Of a stretch of 64,000 nt of DNA, positions 10,549 to 19,917 are shown one piece after another. Under the pieces are notes generated by a model. It worked only from the letters and a program-made list of their open reading frames with translations. It searched no databases and was not told the DNA's origin. Every line of letters starts with the position of its first letter. Position 1 is the first letter of the stretch. This DNA comes from Candidatus Cloacimonadales bacterium. Lineage in GTDB: Bacteria; Cloacimonadota; Cloacimonadia; Cloacimonadales; JAFGVF01. The translations under genes and the position numbers were made by a program. The stretch covers positions 192,001 through 256,000 of the forward strand of contig CAXXJV010000002.1 in NCBI GenBank assembly GCA_963663475.2, written 5' to 3'.

Positions 10549-11490
10549 ATGAATAGAATAAATGTAAATGATTTGGCAAACTGTATAAACCAAGAAATTG
10601 ATAGCTACTATATGGTGGTTGAAAAAGATCTCAGGCAAGGTGCAAGAGATTATTTCCTACGCCTGAAATTAGCTGATAATACTGGATTTGTTGTTGCAAA
10701 TATTTGGAAGAATGCAAGTCAATTCTCTGAAATGTTTGAAGTTGGTGAGGTAATTCAAGTCAGTGGATTAGTAATTAAATACAATAAAAATATCCAGATA
10801 ACTATTAACGAAGTTCTAAATATGGAAGAAAAAGACTATGATTTAGCAGAACTCGTACCTGCAACAAAAAAAGATATTAATGAACTAACTGATAGTTTTT
10901 TTGAGTTTGTTGATTCAGTTGAAAATAGCTATTTATCTCAACTACTCAGATCAATCTTTGATAATAAGCAGATTCTAAACCTCTTTATCTCATCTCCAGC
11001 AGCTAAAGGCTGGCATCATAACTATGCTGGTGGATTATTAGAACATACTCTAGCTGTAACTAAAATTTGTGCCTTTGCTTGCCAAATGTATCCTGTTGAT
11101 AAAGACCTCATGATTAGTGGTGCTATTCTGCACGATCTTGGAAAAATCTATGAATATGATTCTGCTATAGGTATAGATTTCTCAGATGAAGGACGGTTAA
11201 TTGGACATTTTGTGATTGTTGATAGAATTATTACTGAACATGCAAGTAAAATAGATCTATTCCCTAAAGAACTATTAATGAAGTTAAGACACATGGTTTT
11301 AGCTCATCATGGAGAGTATGACAAGGGTTCTGTAAGATTACCTCAAACTTTAGAAGCCCATCTCTTGCATTTAGCAGATAATATGGATGCTCAGGTTACT
11401 GGGGTAAAACAGATTATCGAGGCTAGCTCTGATAAATCAAAATGGTCTGAATTCGATAAACTTAATCAAAAATTCTATTATAAAGGTTAA
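10549..11490 (+). CDS. yhaM: 3'-5' exoribonuclease YhaM/Cbf1 family (OB fold + HD domain)
   Basis: N-terminal OB fold; PAAKGWHH, GGLLEH, LHDLGK, HHG and ADNMDA motifs. Confidence 0.88.
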   Translation: MNRINVNDLANCINQEIDSYYMVVEKDLRQGARDYFLRLKLADNTGFVVANIWKNASQFSEMFEVGEVIQVSGLVIKYNKNIQITINEVLNMEEKDYDLAELVPATKKDINELTDSFFEFVDSVENSYLSQLLRSIFDNKQILNLFISSPAAKGWHHNYAGGLLEHTLAVTKICAFACQMYPVDKDLMISGAILHDLGKIYEYDSAIGIDFSDEGRLIGHFVIVDRIITEHASKIDLFPKELLMKLRHMVLAHHGEYDKGSVRLPQTLEAHLLHLADNMDAQVTGVKQIIEASSDKSKWSEFDKLNQKFYYKG

Positions 11491-11493
11491 TAA

Positions 11494-12279
11494 ATGTTAC
11501 GAACTTCTGTATTATCCAGTGGAAGTAAAGGTAACGCTAACCTAATTTTCACTGATAACACATACCTGCTTTTGGATGCTGGCTTGTCAGCAAAAAGAAT
11601 CTTTGAAGCTATGCAAGCGATTGACTTAGACTACAATAAACTAAATGGGATAATAATATCTCACGAGCATAGTGACCATGTTAATGGAGCAGGTATAATA
11701 AGTAGAAAATTAAAAATCCCCATCTATTTTACTAGACAAACTTATTCGTGTTGTCAAAAAAAGATAGGTAAACTCACTCAAGAACCTGTCTTCTTTAATG
11801 TAGGAGATGAATTTTCTATTAGAGATATTCACGTTACATCTTTTGCTTCATCTCATGATGCCATTGATTCTAGTAATTTTGTCTTTCAGCAATTAAATAA
11901 TGATAATCAAAAGTTAGCTATTGCTACTGATTTGGGCTTTGCTACAAAATTACTACTTGAAAAAATTAAGGAGGTTACTACCTTAGTTTTAGAAAGCAAC
12001 CATGATGAAGTAACCTTACTAACTGGTCCTTATCCTTGGGAACTAAAACAGAGAGTTAAGAGCTCTAGAGGCCATTTATCTAATAAACAAGCTGTGGCTG
12101 TTGTTAGTCAAATAATACATAACAGACTGAGTAATTTGGTTCTAGCCCATCTATCTGAGAAAAATAACACTCCTGAGTTAGCTTTGAAAGAAATGTCTGA
12201 CTATTTAAGTGCTATTAAATCAGAGGTTAAACTCTTTTTAGCAGACCAATACAAACCAACTCCAATTATTAAAGTATAG
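11494..12279 (+). CDS. Metallo-beta-lactamase-fold hydrolase, YycJ/WalJ family
   Basis: SSGSKGN, SHEHSDH, ESNHD, GHLSN and HLSEKNN motifs. Confidence 0.88.
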   Translation: MLRTSVLSSGSKGNANLIFTDNTYLLLDAGLSAKRIFEAMQAIDLDYNKLNGIIISHEHSDHVNGAGIISRKLKIPIYFTRQTYSCCQKKIGKLTQEPVFFNVGDEFSIRDIHVTSFASSHDAIDSSNFVFQQLNNDNQKLAIATDLGFATKLLLEKIKEVTTLVLESNHDEVTLLTGPYPWELKQRVKSSRGHLSNKQAVAVVSQIIHNRLSNLVLAHLSEKNNTPELALKEMSDYLSAIKSEVKLFLADQYKPTPIIKV

Positions 12280-12287
12280 AGGATTTA

Positions 12288-13577
12288 ATGAAATTTTATA
12301 TAGAAACCTATGGCTGTCAAATGAATATTGCTGATAGTGAACTAGTAACTACAATTCTTAACAATAATGGCTACCAAGAAGCTGAAAGTTTAGATGAAGC
12401 TGATATTATTATCTTTAATACATGCTCAGTAAGACAACATGCTGAAGAGAGAGTTCTGGGAAGAATCGCTAATGAAAAGTCCCGTAAAAGAACTAAACCT
12501 CAGCTCAAAATTGGGGTGATTGGTTGTATGGCTCAAAGACTCCAGAATGAACTCATGGATATGCAAGATGGAATAGACTTTGTAGTTGGAGTTGATCAAT
12601 ATAGCGAAATACCCCATATCCTACACATGGATTCCACTAACATAAAAGCTGATTTTAATCAAGAAGAAATTTATAATGAAATCTATCCTACCAGACAAGG
12701 CAAACTAAACGCTTTTGTTACTATAATGCGAGGTTGTAATAACTTCTGTTCTTACTGCATTGTGCCTTATACTAGGGGAAGGGAGAGATCTAGACCAATT
12801 TCTGATATACTAACTGAAGTTGAACAAGCTGGTCATAATGGCTACCCTGATGTTACACTCTTAGGCCAAAATGTTAATTCCTATAATTATCAAGGAATTA
12901 AATTCCCAGACTTAATAAGAGAAATTAATAAAATTGAATCTATTCAAAGAATTCGTTTTGTTACTTCCCACCCTAAAGATCTTTCGGATGATTTAATCTT
13001 GGCTATGAAAGAGTCTGATAAAGTCTGCAAGAATATTCATTTTGCTATGCAATCAGGTAATAGTCAAATCCTCAAAAGAATGAATAGAGGCTATACTGCA
13101 GAGCATTTCTATGATAGAATTCTCAAGCTTAGACAACATATGCCAGATATTGCTATTACTACTGATGTAATTGCTGGTTTCCCAGGAGAAACAGAAGAGC
13201 AATTCATGGACACCTATAATTTAATGAAAAAGATTGAATTCGATTATGCCTTTATGTATAAGTATTCTCCAAGAAGAGGAACTAAAGCTGCTGAATTTAC
13301 TGATCAAGTTCCTGAAGAAGTCAGACTTGAAAGACTTCAACGACTTATCGAGATGCAGAGAAAAATCACCTTAGAAAAGTATCAAAAGCAAATTGGTAAG
13401 GTTGTTACAGTTCTTGTAGAAAATACTTCTAAGAAATCTGAAGCTGAACTTTCAGGCAAAACTGATGATTTTAAAATATGTGTTTTCCCTGCTAGTAAGG
13501 ACTTGATAGGAAAATTTGTTAAGGTAAAAATACTTGATGCTACTGCTGGTACTCTAATAGGAGAATTATATGAGTAA
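12288..13577 (+). CDS. miaB: tRNA-2-methylthio-N6-dimethylallyladenosine synthase
   Basis: TYGCQMN, NTCSVR, GCMAQ and radical SAM CNNFCSYC motifs; C-terminal TRAM domain. Confidence 0.96.
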   Translation: MKFYIETYGCQMNIADSELVTTILNNNGYQEAESLDEADIIIFNTCSVRQHAEERVLGRIANEKSRKRTKPQLKIGVIGCMAQRLQNELMDMQDGIDFVVGVDQYSEIPHILHMDSTNIKADFNQEEIYNEIYPTRQGKLNAFVTIMRGCNNFCSYCIVPYTRGRERSRPISDILTEVEQAGHNGYPDVTLLGQNVNSYNYQGIKFPDLIREINKIESIQRIRFVTSHPKDLSDDLILAMKESDKVCKNIHFAMQSGNSQILKRMNRGYTAEHFYDRILKLRQHMPDIAITTDVIAGFPGETEEQFMDTYNLMKKIEFDYAFMYKYSPRRGTKAAEFTDQVPEEVRLERLQRLIEMQRKITLEKYQKQIGKVVTVLVENTSKKSEAELSGKTDDFKICVFPASKDLIGKFVKVKILDATAGTLIGELYE

Positions 13578-14169
13578 AATCCCCATGGAAGATTTACTAA
13601 CTAATAATGAAAAAAAGTCCAAGAAAAAGAAAAAAACTCTTGTTTCCAAGAGATTATTAATTACTTTCCTAGTATTTTCTTTTATTATTGCTACTTCTAT
13701 TATCCTGATAATTAATAAATTAGTTGATTTACCTTTTAAAGCTGAAAGTAGAAATGTTAATCTTGTTGTGCAAGACTCTGTTAATGTTAAAGAAGTTAAA
13801 ATTAATCAAGTCAAACAAGCTTTTTTGCTCATTTTACCTAACTCCTTCTGGGACCATAGTAACTTTACAGATATTGACTATAGCAATAAAACTATAAACT
13901 TAGCCATAAACAATGTCCTAGGCTACGATGATAAAAAACAAAGCTGGGACTATTTTATTGCTGATGATGGAGTCTCTGAAATTGTTTCTGTTGTGGGTAA
14001 ACTAACTCTTGATAATGTTAAATATGAAGCAAATATTCAATTTAATATCCTAGATAACTACACTTATTTTTATGATCTCTATCTCAAAGAAGATAGAAGA
14101 AGAGCCAGGTATCTTCCTGCAACACCAAGACAGAAAAGCCTCTTGATTCAAATGATGTATAGGTCTTAG
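13570..14169 (+). CDS. Hypothetical single-pass membrane protein
   Basis: Lys-rich N-terminus followed by one hydrophobic helix; overlaps the miaB stop; GGAG RBS. Confidence 0.7.
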   Translation: MSKIPMEDLLTNNEKKSKKKKKTLVSKRLLITFLVFSFIIATSIILIINKLVDLPFKAESRNVNLVVQDSVNVKEVKINQVKQAFLLILPNSFWDHSNFTDIDYSNKTINLAINNVLGYDDKKQSWDYFIADDGVSEIVSVVGKLTLDNVKYEANIQFNILDNYTYFYDLYLKEDRRRARYLPATPRQKSLLIQMMYRS

Positions 14170-14200
14170 CTGTTTATATTCAAAACTATAAAGAGGAAAC

Positions 14201-15091
14201 ATGATAGATTTAGATAAGTATAAATGCGGTTTTGTTGCTATTATTGGTAAACCTAATGTTGGTAAATCAACCCTTATGAACCATTTGATAGGAACTAAAC
14301 TTTCAATTATATCTTCCAAACCTCAGACAACCAGACAGAGTCTTAAAGGCTTTTATTCAGACGAAAAAAAACAAATTATCTTTGTTGATACTCCTGGTTT
14401 TCTAAAACCTAGATACGAATTGCATAATAGAATGCTTGATATTATTAAAAATTCTCTCAAAGATTCTGATCTAATTGTCTTTATTACCGATGCTAATCAT
14501 TTCCCAACAGATTATGATAAAGAACTACTCAAAGAATTAAAATCAATAAGAGCTCCTAAAATTGCCCTCCTTAACAAAATTGACCTAGTTACTGAAGATG
14601 TTACTCAAGAAAAACTAGACTTATTGAGAGAATCTTTTGATAGAGCTGAAGGTATTTCAGCCCTTAAAGGTGAGAAAACTGATGAACTCTTAGACATCTT
14701 TGCTGAGATGCTACCCTTTTCTCCACCCCTTTATGATCCAGAAAATTTGTCTGACCTACCTATGCGTTTCTTTGCCCAAGAAATTATTAGGGAGAAGATT
14801 TTCCTCAATTATACCGATGAAATCCCTTACTCCTCAGCTATTCTAATAGATTCTTATCAGGAAGAAGAGGAAAAAGTAAATATAGCTGCTACTATCTGGA
14901 TTGAAAGAAGCTCACAAAAGCCAATAGTTATTGGTAAAGGTGGAGCCTCTATTAAAAAAGTCAGACTTGATGCTCAGAGAGAACTTAAGAAGTTTGTTGG
15001 CAAACCAGTGTCTATCGAGCTATTTGTTAAAATTAAAAAGAACTGGCGTAAAAATAATAGCTCCTTAAATGAATTAGGTTTTAGAAAGTAA
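14201..15091 (+). CDS. era: GTPase Era
   Basis: GKPNVGKS, PQTTR, DTPG and NKID motifs; KH domain VIGKGG. Confidence 0.97.
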   Translation: MIDLDKYKCGFVAIIGKPNVGKSTLMNHLIGTKLSIISSKPQTTRQSLKGFYSDEKKQIIFVDTPGFLKPRYELHNRMLDIIKNSLKDSDLIVFITDANHFPTDYDKELLKELKSIRAPKIALLNKIDLVTEDVTQEKLDLLRESFDRAEGISALKGEKTDELLDIFAEMLPFSPPLYDPENLSDLPMRFFAQEIIREKIFLNYTDEIPYSSAILIDSYQEEEEKVNIAATIWIERSSQKPIVIGKGGASIKKVRLDAQRELKKFVGKPVSIELFVKIKKNWRKNNSSLNELGFRK

Positions 15092-15136
15092 TTAAGATTA
15101 TTTCCAAGTAGTACAGTCTTACATCTTATACCATCT

Positions 15137-15215
15137 TTAACCCCAATGGCTCAATAGAACTTTGGAAAAGAATCTTGCACCCTTCATCAAAGTTCTATTG
15201 GGCCATTCGGTTTAA
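15137..15215. repeat. Family-1 TTAA-bounded palindromic element (MITE-like), copy A
   Basis: Arms TTAACCCCAATGGCTCAATAGAACTTTG / CAAAGTTCTATTGGGCCATTCGGTTTAA; inner GCACCCTTCATC. Confidence 0.8.
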
Positions 15216-15408
15216 CCCAAATAGCGCAGTAGACCTTTTTGGGGATTCAAGACTTATCCCTGACTTGAACTTGAGCCTGCTTTTTGTTGGAGACCAGACT
15301 TCCTCAGCGGTAGGCAAGGGACTTCGGGTGAAGAGTGTCGGAAGTCGCTACTCCTTGAGCAACTCCCGTCACTCTTCACTAAAGCTCTACTACACTATCT
15401 GTGTTTAA
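15212..15408. repeat. Family-1 element, copy B, with nested inserts
   Basis: TTAACCCAAATAGCGCAGTAGACCTTT ... CACTCTTCACTAAAGCTCTACTACACTATCTGTGTTTAA; shares the TTAA at 15212-15215 with copy A. Confidence 0.8.
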
Positions 15409-15466
15409 CTTCCAACTGATGAAAGGGATTTCATCCCTTGTGAGAATTATATTCTACTAAATCTTA

Positions 15467-15558
15467 CCCTATTCATCCTTATTTCTTCCTTTACACTCTT
15501 TCGATGAAAACTGGACTTTCATCGAAAGACTGTAAAGGAAGGATCAATGATGATAGGG
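15467..15558. repeat. Family-2 long palindrome, copy 1
   Basis: CTTCCTTTACACTCTTTCGATGAAA-actggac-TTTCATCGAAAGACTGTAAAGGAAG; homologous to 47022-47100. Confidence 0.85.
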
Positions 15559-15561
15559 GAA

Positions 15562-15745
15562 AAGTAGACTGGAGTTTCTCACCGTAGGCAAGGTACTTAA
15601 ACGGAGAGCACTCTCTCAAGTAGACTGGAGTTCCTCAACCGTAGGCAAGGGACTTCAACGGAGAGCACTCTCTCAAGTAGACCGGAGTTCCTCAACCGCA
15701 GGTAAGGGACTTCGGACGGAGAGGTAAGGGACTTCAACGGAGAGC
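15562..15745. repeat. Family-3 tandem repeat, 56-57 bp unit, about 3 copies plus a fragment
   Basis: Units start at 15562, 15618 and 15675; unit 2 reads AAGTAGACTGGAGTTCCTCAACCGTAGGCAAGGGACTTCAACGGAGAGCACTCTCTC. Confidence 0.9.
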
Positions 15746-15751
15746 TTTATT

Positions 15752-15791
15752 AAAAAAAGAAAAGACCTTCCTGACAAGAGAAGGTCTTTTT
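15752..15791. terminator. Bidirectional intrinsic terminator between convergent era and feoB
   Basis: AAAAGACCTTC/GAAGGTCTTTT stem flanked by A and T tracts. Confidence 0.75.
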
Positions 15792-15817
15792 ATCTGGGAT
15801 GTTAGGAGAAACTATAC

Positions 15818-18052
15818 TTATAAGATTGGTTTCTTTTTATATTTTAGGGAGATGAAAAATACTAGGAAGATAGCCACACTGATAGCTATCCACATGAAAG
15901 ACATGGCAGGATGAAGTGTAAAGGTGCTTATCTGGTAGAATAGGGTAGCAACTACCCATGCTAAGACGGTTAGATAAGCCACTGCAAAGATTGTCCAGTT
16001 TAGATTTGTCTCACGGTAGATAGCTCCTATTGCAGCCACACAAGGTGCATAGATTAAGATAAATAATAAGTAGGCATAGGCTGCAAATTTATCATTATTA
16101 AAACCAGCTTGGACATAGCCCACTAAGGCTGAACCTTCTTCTTCCTCATCAGCTTCTAGCCAACCAAAACCAATTGGTATAGTCAAGAATGAATCTTTAA
16201 TACCAGACCAGAAAGAAAAATCTTCATCTATGTCAGATTCTGAAGTCCAATTAGGATCACGTTGTGAATAGAGAGCATCCATTGTTCCGATAACAGCTTC
16301 CTTAGCAAATATTCCTGTAAACAAGCCTACAGTTGCAGGCCAGTTATCATCAGTTAACCCCATTGGCTTGAAAATTGGAGTTGTTTTCTGTCCAATCCAA
16401 GTTAAGACTGATTTAGATGAATCATCATTGCCAAAGGAACCATCTGTGCCAATTGAATTAACAAAGGATACTAGAATTACAATTAAGAGAATTACCTTAC
16501 CTGCTTTAATCATAAAAGATTTTAACTTGTTCCAAGTATGAAGCATAACACCATTAAAGGTGGGAATATGATAAGTTGGTAATTCCATCACAAATGTTGC
16601 AGCTTCTCCCTTGAGAATTGTTGATTTGAAAAGAAAACCAGAAAGAACTGCTAAGATTATACCACTAAAATAGATAGAAAACATTATTAAACCAGCAGAT
16701 TTAGAGAAAAAGGCAGAAATAAGTAAGGTGTAAACTGGCAATCTAGCTCCACAAGACATAAAAGGGTTCATCAAGATAGCTAACATCCTATCTCGATTGT
16801 TCTCTAAAGTTCTTGTGGCCATGATTGCAGGTACTGTACAACCAAAGCCAACTAACATGGGAATAAAGGCTTTACCTGGTAAACCAATAGTTCTCATAAA
16901 TCTATCCATAATAAAGGCAGCACGAGCCATATATCCAGAATCTTCTAAGATTGATAAAGATAAGAAAATAAAGAAGATTGGGGGAATAAAGGTAGATAAA
17001 GTCTGAAGTCCACCTCCTATTCCATTAGCTAGTAAGGTAGTTAACCACTCGGGAGAGGACATGGCATTGAGGACAAAACGGAAGCCATCAACAAAGATTG
17101 TACCAAAAAGTCCATCAAAAAAGTCTATAAAAGGAGCTCCTACATTCATAGTAAGATAAAAAACTCCCATCATAACTAATAAGAAAATAGGTATTCCCAA
17201 ATACTTATTGATAACAATTTTATCAATTATATCTGTTACAGATTCCCTTGTAACTGTCTTAATAACTAAAACATCCTTGACTAATCCTCTTATGAAACCA
17301 TATCTACCGTCAGCAATGACAACATCAATTGGGTCTCCTGTATGTTTCTCCACTCTCTGAACAGCCTGATTTCTTATATCATTTAGATTTCTTGTTACAA
17401 ATCTATCAGCAATTGGATCACTCTCAAGAATTTTTAAAGTTAACCAACGACTATCAACATTGGCAGCCTTAGCATCTTTACTAACTTCCTTTTCAATTGA
17501 TTTTATCTCTTTTTCTAATTCATCATCATAAGCTATATTGAATTTTGGAGGATTAACTTTGCCAATATGCTCTTTGATTACTTCTTTAAGTTTGTTAATT
17601 CCTTCTTTTTTACTAGCATTTGTGGGAACTACCACACAATCTAAATGTTTTGCAAAATGCTCTACTTCTAAAGTCATATTCTTATCTTTTAAAGTATCCA
17701 TCATATTTAAGACTATAACTAATGGAACATTCATCTCAATCAACTGAACTGTTAAATATAAGTTCCTTTGAAGATTAGACGCGTCTAATACTTGAACGAT
17801 TAAATCAGCATCCTTGCTAAGTATATAATCTCTGGAAACCTTTTCATCTTCCGAAAAGGCCGAAAATGAATAAATCCCTGGCATATCTACAACATCAACT
17901 GCTATATCGCCATCTACATAGGTCCCAACTTTTTTCTCTACAGTAACACCAGGCCAGTTCCCTATAGTCTGCTTTGCCCCTGTAAGAGCATTGAAAACAG
18001 TGGTCTTACCACTATTAGGGTTGCCTGCAAGGGCAATAGTGAACTTTTTCAT
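15818..18052 (-). CDS. feoB: Ferrous iron transport protein B
   Basis: GNPNSGKT, NWPGVTVE, DMPG and NMMD motifs; membrane part with LEDSGYMARAAF, GFGCTVPA and MSCGARLP. Confidence 0.97.
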   Translation of the reverse strand: MKKFTIALAGNPNSGKTTVFNALTGAKQTIGNWPGVTVEKKVGTYVDGDIAVDVVDMPGIYSFSAFSEDEKVSRDYILSKDADLIVQVLDASNLQRNLYLTVQLIEMNVPLVIVLNMMDTLKDKNMTLEVEHFAKHLDCVVVPTNASKKEGINKLKEVIKEHIGKVNPPKFNIAYDDELEKEIKSIEKEVSKDAKAANVDSRWLTLKILESDPIADRFVTRNLNDIRNQAVQRVEKHTGDPIDVVIADGRYGFIRGLVKDVLVIKTVTRESVTDIIDKIVINKYLGIPIFLLVMMGVFYLTMNVGAPFIDFFDGLFGTIFVDGFRFVLNAMSSPEWLTTLLANGIGGGLQTLSTFIPPIFFIFLSLSILEDSGYMARAAFIMDRFMRTIGLPGKAFIPMLVGFGCTVPAIMATRTLENNRDRMLAILMNPFMSCGARLPVYTLLISAFFSKSAGLIMFSIYFSGIILAVLSGFLFKSTILKGEAATFVMELPTYHIPTFNGVMLHTWNKLKSFMIKAGKVILLIVILVSFVNSIGTDGSFGNDDSSKSVLTWIGQKTTPIFKPMGLTDDNWPATVGLFTGIFAKEAVIGTMDALYSQRDPNWTSESDIDEDFSFWSGIKDSFLTIPIGFGWLEADEEEEGSALVGYVQAGFNNDKFAAYAYLLFILIYAPCVAAIGAIYRETNLNWTIFAVAYLTVLAWVVATLFYQISTFTLHPAMSFMWIAISVAIFLVFFISLKYKKKPIL

Positions 18053-18122
18053 ACTCACTCCATTTTTGTTTAATAATTATTTTATACCAAAAAAGTAGGA
18101 TATAAAATAATGTCAAGAAAAA

Positions 18123-18140
18123 TGTTAGTAGTTTCTAACA
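18123..18140. promoter_or_regulatory. Palindromic operator-like site upstream of feoB (TTAG-N6-CTAA, DtxR/MntR-like)
   Basis: TGTTAG-TAGTTT-CTAACA next to a minus-strand TTGACA at 18111-18116. Confidence 0.35.
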
Positions 18141-18255
18141 ATAGACTGATTATATGAGAAAAAATAGTGTAATATCATAAATCTCTCAAGAATAAAAGAC
18201 CTTGACTAAATTAAGGCTGCTACTTAATTAGTGAAAAATACCAAAGGATAAAAAA

Positions 18256-18762
18256 ATGGATAATAACTTTATATTAAAGAAAATAAGATATGCCTTAGAT
18301 TATAATGATTTTAAGCTTATTGATATCTTTAAACTTGGTGGATTAAACTTATCTCGTGATCAAGTCTGTTCTTATTGTGCTAAAGATAATGATGAAAACT
18401 TTCAAGTTTGTGATGAAAAAACTCTTCTAGCATTCTTAAATGGCTTGATTATATATAGAAGGGGAAAGGCAAAAAATAGTCAAGAAACAATCATAGAACC
18501 TGAGCTAGATAACAATCAAGTTCTCAGAAAACTAAGGATAGCTTTAAATTATAAAGATAGTGATATGTTAGAAGTCTTGGCCTTAGATGGAATGAAGTTC
18601 TCTAAGAATCAGCTGAGTGCTTTATTTAGGGCTAAGGATAACCATCATTATCAAGCTTGCAAAGACCAGTTATTAAGAAAGTTTTTACAAGGCTTAGTCA
18701 AGAAATATAGAGATAATAAAAAGAAAGCTCCTTCTGCAATATTGGATTTTGATAACTTTTAA
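18256..18762 (+). CDS. DUF1456 (YehS-like) protein
   Basis: Two internal repeats: NNFILKKIRYAL / NNQVLRKLRIAL and FLNGLI / FLQGL. Confidence 0.85.
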   Translation: MDNNFILKKIRYALDYNDFKLIDIFKLGGLNLSRDQVCSYCAKDNDENFQVCDEKTLLAFLNGLIIYRRGKAKNSQETIIEPELDNNQVLRKLRIALNYKDSDMLEVLALDGMKFSKNQLSALFRAKDNHHYQACKDQLLRKFLQGLVKKYRDNKKKAPSAILDFDNF

Positions 18763-18783
18763 AATTATGGAACTATTACTTGA

Positions 18784-19917
18784 ATGAATCAGCAACTTCT
18801 TTCTGAAAAAGATAATATTCGCAAGATAATCCATGTTGATATGGATGCCTATTTTGCTGCTATAGAGCAGAGAGATTTTCCTGAACTAAGAGGGAAACCA
18901 GTAATAGTAGGTGGCGCAGTAGGTGAGAGAGGAGTAGTTTCTACTTGTTCTTATGAAGCTAGAAAATATGGGATTCATTCAGCAATGCCTGCTACAACTG
19001 CCCATAAGTTATGTCCTCATGGTATCTTTGTTAGACCTAGATTTGAAGCATATAAAGAAGCAACTGAAAAGATATTTGCAATTTTTAGAGAATATACAGA
19101 TTTAGTGCAACCTATGTCTTTAGATGAAGCTTATTTAGATGTAACTACTAATAAAATTGGAATGCCTTCAGCTACCTTAATTGCCAAAGAAATCAGGGCA
19201 AGAATTAAAGCTGAACTTAATTTAACAGCTTCTGCTGGAGTATCTTATAATAAATTTTTAGCTAAAATTGCCTCAGATTTAAATAAACCTGATGGTCTAT
19301 GTGTGATTACTCCTAAAGATGCGATAAAAGTATTATCAAGTCTTCCCATTGGTAAATTTCATGGAATAGGTAAATCAACAACTAGCCAGTTAAAAAAGTA
19401 TGGTATTCATACAGGTGCTGATTTACTAAAAAAAGAACTTACTTGGTTAATAGATAATTTTGGAAAGATTGGCTATCAATATTATTATTTGGTCAGAGGA
19501 ATAGATAACAGGCAGGTTAGTACTAACCATATAAGGAAATCTATAGGCAAGGAAAGTACTTTTCGGATAGATGTTGATGATTTAAGGGTCTTATTTCAAC
19601 ATTTGGAAAGACTAATAAGAAGATTGGTAGAAAAGTTAAAGAAGGAAGAGATAGAAGTTAAAACTTTAACTCTTAAATTACGGTATGATAATTTTGATAC
19701 TTTAACAAGAGGTAAGACTTTAACAGCATATACTTCAGATTATCATGAATTATTAAAAGAATGTAGGCGAATACTAATAGATACTTATGATACAAATCGT
19801 AAAGTTAGATTATTAGGGGTCTCATTTACAAGTTTAAAACATTTAAATGCCCAAGCTTGGGAACAGTTAATTATTGAGTGGGAGGAAAATTATGTCACTA
19901 GTAAAAGCACTAGATGA
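18784..19917 (+). CDS. dinB: DNA polymerase IV
   Basis: HVDMDAYFA, SYEAR, SLDEAYLD, KFLAKIASD and VRLLGV motifs. Confidence 0.96.
   Translation: MNQQLLSEKDNIRKIIHVDMDAYFAAIEQRDFPELRGKPVIVGGAVGERGVVSTCSYEARKYGIHSAMPATTAHKLCPHGIFVRPRFEAYKEATEKIFAIFREYTDLVQPMSLDEAYLDVTTNKIGMPSATLIAKEIRARIKAELNLTASAGVSYNKFLAKIASDLNKPDGLCVITPKDAIKVLSSLPIGKFHGIGKSTTSQLKKYGIHTGADLLKKELTWLIDNFGKIGYQYYYLVRGIDNRQVSTNHIRKSIGKESTFRIDVDDLRVLFQHLERLIRRLVEKLKKEEIEVKTLTLKLRYDNFDTLTRGKTLTAYTSDYHELLKECRRILIDTYDTNRKVRLLGVSFTSLKHLNAQAWEQLIIEWEENYVTSKSTR

Noticed and set aside
15175-15408. 77 aa ORF
   Set aside because: It lies entirely within palindromic repeats and has no RBS or recognisable motifs.
15562-15745. CRISPR array
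   Set aside because: Units are similar along their whole length with no unique spacers, and no cas genes are in the window.
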